Below are positions 1-7,376 of a stretch of DNA of 64,000 nt, piece after piece (position 1 is the first letter of the stretch; the number at the start of each line of letters is the position of its first letter). The position numbers were made by a program, and so were the translations under genes. The stretch is from the NCBI GenBank assembly GCA_964393375.1, contig CAYMTM010000001.1, positions 258-64,257 on the forward strand. The letters are read 5' to 3'. Below the pieces are notes generated by a model. That model was not told the DNA's origin. It ran no database searches and saw only the letters and a list, made by a program, of their open reading frames with translations. The DNA comes from an uncultured Rhodospirillaceae bacterium. GTDB taxonomy: Bacteria > Pseudomonadota > Alphaproteobacteria > JAEULC01.

Positions 1-1115
1 TCGTCATCGGCGGCGGGCTGCATGGCTGTTCGGCCGCCCTGCACCTCGCCCGGCGCGGCATCAAGGCGCTGGTGATCGAGAAGGACCATGTCGGGCGGCA
101 CGCCTCGGGCGTCAATGCCGGCGGCGTTCGGCGGCTGGGCAGGCATCCCGCCGAGATCCCGCTTTCCGTTGCCTCGATGGAGTTGTGGCACCGCATCGCC
201 GAGGTGGTGGACGACGAATGCGGCTTCGAAAGCCACGGCCAGGTGAAGGTGGCGGAGAGCGAGGACGAGCTCGGCGTGCTGCGCCGGCGGGTCGCGGAGG
301 TGCGGGCGCTGGGCTTCGAGCACGAGGAACTGGTCGACCGGCAGGCGCTTCGGGAACTGGTGCCGGCAATATCGGATCACTGCGTCGGCGCCATCGTCTG
401 CCGCCGCGACGGGGCGGCGCTACCCTTCCGCACCACCGTGGCGTTCCGGCGCAAGGCGGAAAGTCTGGGTGCGCGGTTCCTGGAGCAGACGCGCGTGACG
501 GGCCTCAAGCGTGCCGGCACGCTGTGGCGGGTTCAAGCCGGCCGCGAGACGCACGCGGCGCCGGTCGTCGTCAATGCCGCAGGGGCCTGGGCGGGCGAGA
601 TCGCCGCCGCGCTGGGCGAGCCCGTGCCGCTTGAGGTTGTAGCCCTGATGCTGATGATCTCCGCGCCGATGCCGGCGTTCCTGAAGCCGGTGGTCGGCGC
701 GACGGCGCGGCCGCTGTCGTTCAAGCAGTTCCGCAACGGCACGGTCCTGATCGGCGGCGGTTACGAAGGCACGCCCGATCCCAGCACCAATCGCACCGCG
801 CTCGACTTTCGCCGTCTTGCGCTCAGCGCGCAGACGGTCTGGGACCTGTTCCCCGTGATGCGCGGGGCGCAGATCGTGCGCTGCTGGGCCGGCATCGAGG
901 CGCGCATGCCCGACGAGATCCCGGTGATCGGGCCGAGCGCGACCAGCCCGGGCGTCTTGCACGCCTTCGGTTTCTGCGGGCACGGGTTCCAGCTTGGGCC
1001 GATCGTCGGGTCGATCGTCGCCGAGCTCGTCGATACCGGCGCCACCAACCTGCCGATCGCGCCGTTCCGCATCGACCGCTTTGCCGCCGCCCACGCTTCC
1101 CGTGCGCTTGCCTAG
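1..1115 (+). CDS. FAD-dependent oxidoreductase (DAO family; sarcosine-oxidase-beta / D-amino-acid-dehydrogenase-like). The 5' end lies outside the window.
   Basis: The frame is open from base 3 and matches ORF 72..1115. It begins inside the dinucleotide-binding motif VIGGGLHGCSAALHLARRG and ends with GFCGHGFQLGPIVG, typical of the DAO family. Stop is TAG at 1113-1115. Confidence 0.7.
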   Translation, partial: VIGGGLHGCSAALHLARRGIKALVIEKDHVGRHASGVNAGGVRRLGRHPAEIPLSVASMELWHRIAEVVDDECGFESHGQVKVAESEDELGVLRRRVAEVRALGFEHEELVDRQALRELVPAISDHCVGAIVCRRDGAALPFRTTVAFRRKAESLGARFLEQTRVTGLKRAGTLWRVQAGRETHAAPVVVNAAGAWAGEIAAALGEPVPLEVVALMLMISAPMPAFLKPVVGATARPLSFKQFRNGTVLIGGGYEGTPDPSTNRTALDFRRLALSAQTVWDLFPVMRGAQIVRCWAGIEARMPDEIPVIGPSATSPGVLHAFGFCGHGFQLGPIVGSIVAELVDTGATNLPIAPFRIDRFAAAHASRALA

Positions 1116-1163
1116 GCGCCGGGCGCTCCGCCACAATCGGTCCGACAACGCGGGGGAGGGACT

Positions 1164-2774
1164 ATGACCCACGGGATGGTGGTCGCGCCGCAGCCGGAAG
1201 CCGTCGAGGCGGGCTGCGAGATGCTGATGCGCGGGGGCAACGCGGTCGATGCGGCGATCGGCTGCGCGCTGGTGCAGGGCGTCGTCGATCCGCTGATGAC
1301 GGGCATCGCAGGCTTCGGCAGCCTGCAGGTCTATCTGCCGGGCAAGAAGGTCCATACCTGCATCGACTTCCACGGCAAGGTGCCCGGTGCGGCCAGGCCC
1401 GACATGTGGGCGCATCTGATCGAAGGCGAGGCGCGCGACGGGTTCGGCTTCATCCTCAAGGGCCATGTCAACGATGCCGGCTACCAGTCGATCACCGTGC
1501 CGGGCAGCCTGAAAGCCTACGCGGAGGCGCATGGCGAATGGGGCGCGCTGCCCTGGCGCGAGGTGATGGCGCCGGCGATCGCCTGGGCCGAGAACGGCTG
1601 GATCATGCGGCCCGAGGTGTTCCGCTTCATGTTCCAGCGCGAGAACATGGGCCGCGTCGAGAGCGACGAGCGGATCAGGATGTCCGCCACCGGGCGGCGC
1701 CTGTTCGTCGACGAGAAGGGCGAGATCAGACGCCCCGGCTCGAAGATCAAGAACCCGGACATGGCGGCCACGCTGCGCCAGATCGCCGAGCAGGGCGTGG
1801 ACGCGTTCTATACCGGCGAGATCGCGCGCAAGATAGCCGCCGACATGAAAAAGAACGGTGGGCTGCTGAGCTACGAAGACCTGGCGACTTACAAGACCAA
1901 ACGCAACGATCCGCTCCGCGGCAGCTACCAGTCCTGGAACCTTGCGACCAACCGGCCGCCGGGCGGCGGGATCATGCTGGTCGAGATGCTGAACATACTG
2001 GAGAATTTCGACCTTGCGGCGCTGGGGCACAACACGCCGGAATACATCCGCGTGGTATGCGAGGCGATGAAGCGAGCCACCGTCGACAAGGACCAATATG
2101 TCGGCGATCCGGACTTCTTTCCCGTGCCGGTCGATCGCCTCACCGACAAGGAATACGCCCGCACGGCGGCCGAGGCGATCAAGCGCGGCGAGAAGGTGAC
2201 GGTCCCGCGTCTGCAGCAGAAGAAGGAAGCGGCCGACACGACCCATGTCTCGACGGTCGACGAGCACGGAAACTGCGTGACCATGACGCATTCCCTCGGC
2301 ATGCCTTCGGGCGTCATCACCGACGGGCTCGGCTTCATGTACAACGGCTGCATGGGCGTATTCGACCCGCGCCCTGGGCGCGCCGGTTCGATCGCGCCGG
2401 GCAAGAGCCGGTTCAGCTCGGTCTGCCCGACCATCGTGTTCGAGAAGGACCGCCCCCATATCGCCATCGGCGCGCCGGGCGGCACGCAGATCGCGATGGG
2501 CGTCTTGCAGGCGATCCTGAACGCGCTGGATTTCAAGATGACCATGGCCGAGGCGGTCGCGGCGCCGCGCTTTTCGTCCACGAGCGACGCGATCGACGTC
2601 AGCAACCGCATCCCGCACTTCGTGACGCGCGCGCTGGAGAAGATGGGCTACGAGGTGATCCGCAGCCATTACAGCTATGCTTTCGCCGCGGTGCACGGGA
2701 TCATGATCGGCGCGGACGGCGCCTTGAGCGGCGGCGCGGATCCCGGCCGCGACGGCATGGCGCTGGCGGTCTAG
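1164..2774 (+). CDS. ggt: gamma-glutamyltransferase
   Basis: 536 aa. Strong SD GGGAGGGA 5 nt upstream of the ATG. GGT family hallmarks are present: an N-terminal AP(Q)PEA..GGNAVDAA segment and the autoprocessing threonine region TTHVSTVDEHGN. Length and C-terminal motifs fit Ntn-hydrolase GGT. Confidence 0.9.
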   Translation: MTHGMVVAPQPEAVEAGCEMLMRGGNAVDAAIGCALVQGVVDPLMTGIAGFGSLQVYLPGKKVHTCIDFHGKVPGAARPDMWAHLIEGEARDGFGFILKGHVNDAGYQSITVPGSLKAYAEAHGEWGALPWREVMAPAIAWAENGWIMRPEVFRFMFQRENMGRVESDERIRMSATGRRLFVDEKGEIRRPGSKIKNPDMAATLRQIAEQGVDAFYTGEIARKIAADMKKNGGLLSYEDLATYKTKRNDPLRGSYQSWNLATNRPPGGGIMLVEMLNILENFDLAALGHNTPEYIRVVCEAMKRATVDKDQYVGDPDFFPVPVDRLTDKEYARTAAEAIKRGEKVTVPRLQQKKEAADTTHVSTVDEHGNCVTMTHSLGMPSGVITDGLGFMYNGCMGVFDPRPGRAGSIAPGKSRFSSVCPTIVFEKDRPHIAIGAPGGTQIAMGVLQAILNALDFKMTMAEAVAAPRFSSTSDAIDVSNRIPHFVTRALEKMGYEVIRSHYSYAFAAVHGIMIGADGALSGGADPGRDGMALAV

Positions 2775-2775
2775 C

Positions 2776-3573
2776 TCAGGCCGCGGACGTGGCCCGCAGC
2801 GTGCGGTCGGAAGCGACGATGTCGCCGAGCTGGCGCATGAAGTCGCGGTAATACGCCGTCGTGTAATGGAAGGGCTCCAGGCTCCACTTGTGCCCGGCGT
2901 CGCCCAACCGATACTCGGGCCTGGGGCGGATGGTTCGAATCGCCGCTGAATCCGCTTCGATCCTGGCATAGTAGGTCGACAGGACCTCGTTGATCGCGTG
3001 GATTTCGTCGCGGTTCGGGAACTGGACGACCTTTTCCTCGCCGTCGAGGAAGCATTCCGACCACAGCGCTTCGTGCAGGATGGTGCGCTCGGGCGGCACG
3101 ATCGTCCCGAGCCGCCGCATGAAGCGGGGTATGTTCGAAAGCGTCGCCTCCACGACGCGTGGATCGAGCGCGCCGCGCCGTTCGAACCGGCTGGTGTCGA
3201 TGCCGTGGGCCTGGGCCGTGCGCACGAAAGGCACCGAATAGCACAGGCAGGTCTCGCCGGAGACCAGGATCGAGTGGCGCTCGTCGATCAGGTCGACAAG
3301 CAGGTAGTCGAATTCGTGCTGGGCGAGGGTGTCGAATTGCAGCTTCAGCAGGTCGATGGCGACACAACGCTCCTCGAAGGGGCGCCGCTCGACCGTCGGT
3401 GCGATCCGGTCGATCGGCGGCGCCGGTGACAGGCTCGAGTTGATCGTCGTGCGGGCGAGGTAGACCGCGATCGTCCATTCGCCCCGCGGTTCCCCCGATA
3501 GCTCGAACGCATCGCGGGTAACGCAACTTCCGAAGATGCCGAACCGCAAGGCGTTTGCCCCCTTTTTCGTCAT
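2776..3573 (-). CDS. hypothetical protein, DUF6270-like (GSCVxRD N-terminal motif); likely polysaccharide-cluster accessory enzyme
   Basis: 265 aa. The N-terminus MTKKGANALRFGIFGSCVTRDAF resembles the DUF6270 family seen next to glycosyltransferase clusters. It is divergent from the multi-GT gene and shares an AT-rich promoter region with it. Family recalled from memory. Confidence 0.5.
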   Translation of the reverse strand: MTKKGANALRFGIFGSCVTRDAFELSGEPRGEWTIAVYLARTTINSSLSPAPPIDRIAPTVERRPFEERCVAIDLLKLQFDTLAQHEFDYLLVDLIDERHSILVSGETCLCYSVPFVRTAQAHGIDTSRFERRGALDPRVVEATLSNIPRFMRRLGTIVPPERTILHEALWSECFLDGEEKVVQFPNRDEIHAINEVLSTYYARIEADSAAIRTIRPRPEYRLGDAGHKWSLEPFHYTTAYYRDFMRQLGDIVASDRTLRATSAA

Positions 3574-3682
3574 TGCGGCGCCCGGGACCTGGACACCATG
3601 GACAGGTTTATATTGACCTTTATTAAGGGACCGTTAGCCATTCGCGCGTTAGAAAAAGCTCGGCGCAAATGGAGCGAGTTAG

Positions 3683-6600
3683 ATGATAAACTCCTATATT
3701 TTTAAGGACCTTATGACCACACCTCAAACTCTTCATTTGCGCGGCGTCTGTCCTCAATTCGGTGTATTTACGCTTAATTTTATTGATGAGAACGGACTGC
3801 AGCCGCTTCACATGGCCTTCCGGGTCAGCGTCGGCCATATCGCGCTGAACGACAATCTCAAGGGCCATTGGGGTGAGGAACTTGTCATCGACAACGTCGA
3901 GTTCCCGATGGGCCTGCCGTTCGAGATCAGCATCGAACTCCTGGGCCGTCAGCGCATTCGGCTCTCGATGGACGGCTCCGTGCTCGGCGAGTTCCCCTGG
4001 CGCCATGACATCGCGGCGGCAGTACGATTGGACATGGTGGACGTCGAGTTCAGCCTGTTCCGCAACGACACCAGCTTCAAGACCCTTCCCGAGAACGTGA
4101 TTGCGCCCGAAGAAGAGGCAGCGGAGCCGGGGCAGGCGGCGGCGCGGTTCGAGGACGGTTCGGATCAATTAGCGCGGCATTTGCGCGAATTGCGCGCCGA
4201 TTACATGCAGGGGCTCGAACGGCTGGAGAACCGGATCGAGGGGATTTCGGAGGAGCTGCGCGCGCTGCAGAAGGTCGCCTCCGGCATCGCCGCCAGCGTG
4301 CAGGCCCTCATCGCGCTTGACGTGCGCGCGGTGGAATCCGCGCAGCGCCCTGCCGGCGCACCGCGGATCGCGCCGCCGCAGGCATCGCCGCGCGGACTTG
4401 TGGTGGAGGACAAGTTCGTCAAGGGTTGGGGCGACTGGCGTCACCACCAGAAAGTCAAGCTTTCCGACCTGGGCCTGTTCCAGGTGCAGCAGGAGCGCAG
4501 CACGCCCGGCATCGAGCGCAAGGCGCTCGCCGTGGAGCCGGGGTCCTATTACGAGTTCTCGGTGACGGGAAACTTCAAGGTCGCCAATCGCGAACTGTTC
4601 ATCGCCGCCTACGACCCGGACAACGATCTGACGCTGACCGCCGCCCGTTATGCCGAGAAGGAGTCGGGCACCGTCACCGAGACTTTCATGACCACCGCGC
4701 GCACCAAGCGGGTGATCCTGCGCGTCATGGTCGACCAGCCGAAGATCGGCGACGAATGCCGTCTGGAAAGCGCAAGCCTGACCCTGCTTGGGCGCGCCGA
4801 CCTCTACGCGCCGGCGCGCGCGGGAGAAGCGCAGCCAGAGGAGGGCATCTGCGCGTCGATGGCGTCGGTCGCCGGGCGCGAGGCCATGGTGGTCGACGCG
4901 GTGCTGAGCCTCTATCCCTTCGTCGACAAGGTGCGCGTGTACCTCAACAACTATTCCAGCGTGCCCGAGGGCCTGAAGCTGCCGCGCGTCGAGATCGTGC
5001 GGTCGCAGCAATACGGCGACAACGGCGACGCAGGCAAGTTCTTCTGGGTAGAGGACAAGCAATATCCGTTGAATCTGGTCTGCGACGACGACCTGATCTT
5101 TCCGCCGGACTACGTGCCGCAGATGGTTGCCGCGCTCAAGCGGTGCGGGAACAAGGCGGTCGTCGGCATCCACGGGGTGCTGTTGAAGCAACCCTCGCCG
5201 TCCTATTACGACGAGAGGTTCCGCCATGTGCGCCGCTATCCGCACGCCAACCGCGAGGACTGCCAGGTCCATGTGCTGGGCACGGGTGCGGTGCTCTACG
5301 ATCGGCGCACGCTGAAGCTCGAATGGCGCGACTTCCAGTACCGCAACATGGCCGATATATGGCTCATGGAGCAGTGCCAGAAGCAGGGCATTCCGTCGAT
5401 CTGCATCGCCCGGCCGCGCAATTGGGTGATCCAGAACCAGGTCAAGGGCGGCGTGCCTACCATCTATGACGCCTCGCACGGCCGGCAGGGCAACGGCTTC
5501 GACACCGGCGCGGTCCAGACCTATGTGGTCAACAAGAACTGGCCGGTGACACTGAAGCCAACGGTCGTCAACGGCCAACGCCGGCCGAAGGTCGTCCTGT
5601 CGATCACGACCTGGAACCGGTGCGACTACCTGAAGGAATGCATCGAATCGTTCGAGCGTACGCGCTCCACCAGGTACGATTGGGTGCTGATCGTGGCGGA
5701 CGACGGTTCGACCGACGGGACGCTCGCCTATCTCGACCAGCTCGTCCTGCCGCACGAGGTTCACGTCATCCGCAACAAGGGGCGCTATGCCTGCGGACAG
5801 ACGAATACGATTTTCGATTTGTGCCGGAAGATCGGCTTCGACTTCGCCTTCAAGATCGACGACGACATCCTGTTTAAGAAGCGCGGCTGGGACACGCTCT
5901 ATATCGAGGCCGCAGCCGCCAGCGGTTACGACCATCTCTGCCACCGGAATTGGAAGCACTTCACGGGGTTGAAGCGCCGCAACAACCCCAACTACTCGCC
6001 GCCGCCGCCGCATATCGACGCGTCGGGAAAGTGCGAGACGATCGTCGGGGTGTGGGAGTGCGACGGGTGCCTGTTCACCTTCACGCCGACGATGATCGAA
6101 AAGGTGGGTTATTGCGACGAGGCCAATTTCCCGATCCGCGGCCAGTGGCATATCGACTACTCGATCCGGGCCTGCCGTGCCGGCTTCAACGACGCCAAGC
6201 ACTTCTACGACGCGCGCGACAGCAACGCCTATATCGAACTGCAGGCCAACAAGCCGACCTATCGCTGCTCGCTGCCCTGGGGCGACGCGTACAAGAAGAC
6301 CAAGGAACCGGCGGAGCTCGAGCGCCGCGAGCGGGTGATGCGCGACGAGAGCCGTGTCTACGTGGCGCCGGTGAGCGCGCCGGCGCCGCTGCGGCGGCCG
6401 TTGCGGGCGGCGACGTTCTTCGACAAGGTCTACGTGCTGAACCTCGACCGCCGGCCCGATCGGCTGGCGACGGTCAGTGCGCATCTGAAGCGCCTGGGCA
6501 TTCCGTTCGAGCGCTATGCGGCAGTGGACGGCCGCGCCAAGCCGCATATCGACGAGTGGAGCGTCTATCAAAAGCAGCCCCTCGTAACCGCCCCCGAGGG

Positions 6601-7306
6601 CGTACGCAAGCTGACGCGGTCCAAGGACTTCTACCAGAACTACGACAGCCACGTGGCCCGCGTCGCGTTCATGGAGGGCCAGCTGAAGGCCAAGGCGATC
6701 CGTACACCCGGCGCCTGGGGCTACTTGAAGAGCTATATCGGCATCCTCGAAACGGCGCTGAAGGCCGGGTACGAGTCGATCCTCGTGCTGGACGATGACG
6801 CGCTGTTCCACCGCGACTTCGACGCGCTGTTCCAGGCTGCGGCCAAGGAACTTCCGCCGGATTGGGCGATCTTCCAGCTCGGCGCCCTGCAATACGATTG
6901 GGGCGACCAGTGGATCGCCAAGTATTCCGAGCACCTCTATATGTGCAACGGCTCGAGCGTCGGCTCGCATGCCACCGGCATCCGGCGCAGCGTGCTGCCC
7001 GCCCTGCTGCACGAGGCACAGCGCTTCGACATGCCGCTCGACGTCGGTGCGCTGTGCCGGGTCAAGCGGGCCTTTGCGGAGCGCAGCTTCACCGTCCTGC
7101 CGAACTTGGTCATCCAGGACACCAGCGAGAGCGACATCGCGTCCTCCGATGTCCAGCAGGCCGAGGGGATGAAGAAGACGAATATCTATCGCTGGAAGCT
7201 GGAAGACTATCCGGGCGCGATCGTGGAAGCGGACGCCAGGCAGCGCAACCCGCGCCGTCCGGCCGCCAAGCAGGCGCAAGCGGCCGCCATGACGGGTACG
7301 GACTGA
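3683..7306 (+). CDS. 1207-aa multidomain glycosyltransferase: N-terminal galectin-like lectin domain, coiled coil, beta-sandwich, then three GT domains (GT-A with DDD motif, GT2-like, GT25)
   Basis: SD GGAGCGAG before the ATG.
- aa ~40-110: LHMAFRVSVGHIALNDN..GHWGEEL..FPMGLPFEISIEL parallels the galectin CRD motifs HFNPRF / VCN / WGxEE / FPF..F.I.I.
- aa ~150-215: heptad-rich coiled coil.
- aa ~400-600: GT-A fold with LVCDDDLIFPPDY.
- aa ~635-900: SITTWNRCDYLKECIESF..LIVADDGSTDGT (GT2-like).
- aa ~915-1150: FFDKVYVLNLDRRPDRL (the GT25 LPS/LOS galactosyltransferase signature).
The first ~120 nt of the coding region is AT-rich. Confidence 0.8.
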   Translation: MINSYIFKDLMTTPQTLHLRGVCPQFGVFTLNFIDENGLQPLHMAFRVSVGHIALNDNLKGHWGEELVIDNVEFPMGLPFEISIELLGRQRIRLSMDGSVLGEFPWRHDIAAAVRLDMVDVEFSLFRNDTSFKTLPENVIAPEEEAAEPGQAAARFEDGSDQLARHLRELRADYMQGLERLENRIEGISEELRALQKVASGIAASVQALIALDVRAVESAQRPAGAPRIAPPQASPRGLVVEDKFVKGWGDWRHHQKVKLSDLGLFQVQQERSTPGIERKALAVEPGSYYEFSVTGNFKVANRELFIAAYDPDNDLTLTAARYAEKESGTVTETFMTTARTKRVILRVMVDQPKIGDECRLESASLTLLGRADLYAPARAGEAQPEEGICASMASVAGREAMVVDAVLSLYPFVDKVRVYLNNYSSVPEGLKLPRVEIVRSQQYGDNGDAGKFFWVEDKQYPLNLVCDDDLIFPPDYVPQMVAALKRCGNKAVVGIHGVLLKQPSPSYYDERFRHVRRYPHANREDCQVHVLGTGAVLYDRRTLKLEWRDFQYRNMADIWLMEQCQKQGIPSICIARPRNWVIQNQVKGGVPTIYDASHGRQGNGFDTGAVQTYVVNKNWPVTLKPTVVNGQRRPKVVLSITTWNRCDYLKECIESFERTRSTRYDWVLIVADDGSTDGTLAYLDQLVLPHEVHVIRNKGRYACGQTNTIFDLCRKIGFDFAFKIDDDILFKKRGWDTLYIEAAAASGYDHLCHRNWKHFTGLKRRNNPNYSPPPPHIDASGKCETIVGVWECDGCLFTFTPTMIEKVGYCDEANFPIRGQWHIDYSIRACRAGFNDAKHFYDARDSNAYIELQANKPTYRCSLPWGDAYKKTKEPAELERRERVMRDESRVYVAPVSAPAPLRRPLRAATFFDKVYVLNLDRRPDRLATVSAHLKRLGIPFERYAAVDGRAKPHIDEWSVYQKQPLVTAPEGVRKLTRSKDFYQNYDSHVARVAFMEGQLKAKAIRTPGAWGYLKSYIGILETALKAGYESILVLDDDALFHRDFDALFQAAAKELPPDWAIFQLGALQYDWGDQWIAKYSEHLYMCNGSSVGSHATGIRRSVLPALLHEAQRFDMPLDVGALCRVKRAFAERSFTVLPNLVIQDTSESDIASSDVQQAEGMKKTNIYRWKLEDYPGAIVEADARQRNPRRPAAKQAQAAAMTGTD

Positions 7307-7376
7307 CCGCAGGGCGCCGGGACGCGGCCGAGTGCCGCCCAGCGGCGCCCGATCCGGGGCGGGAACGGAGACCCAC

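Noticed and set aside
420-2969. 849-aa minus-strand ORF overlapping ggt
   Set aside because: It is antisense to a gene with unmistakable GGT motifs. Its product is Arg/Ala-rich junk.
4169-7279. 1036-aa minus-strand ORF inside the multi-GT gene, and 4426..5469 plus other overlapping frames
   Set aside because: Off-frame or antisense to a coding frame carrying three independent GT signatures. No motifs.
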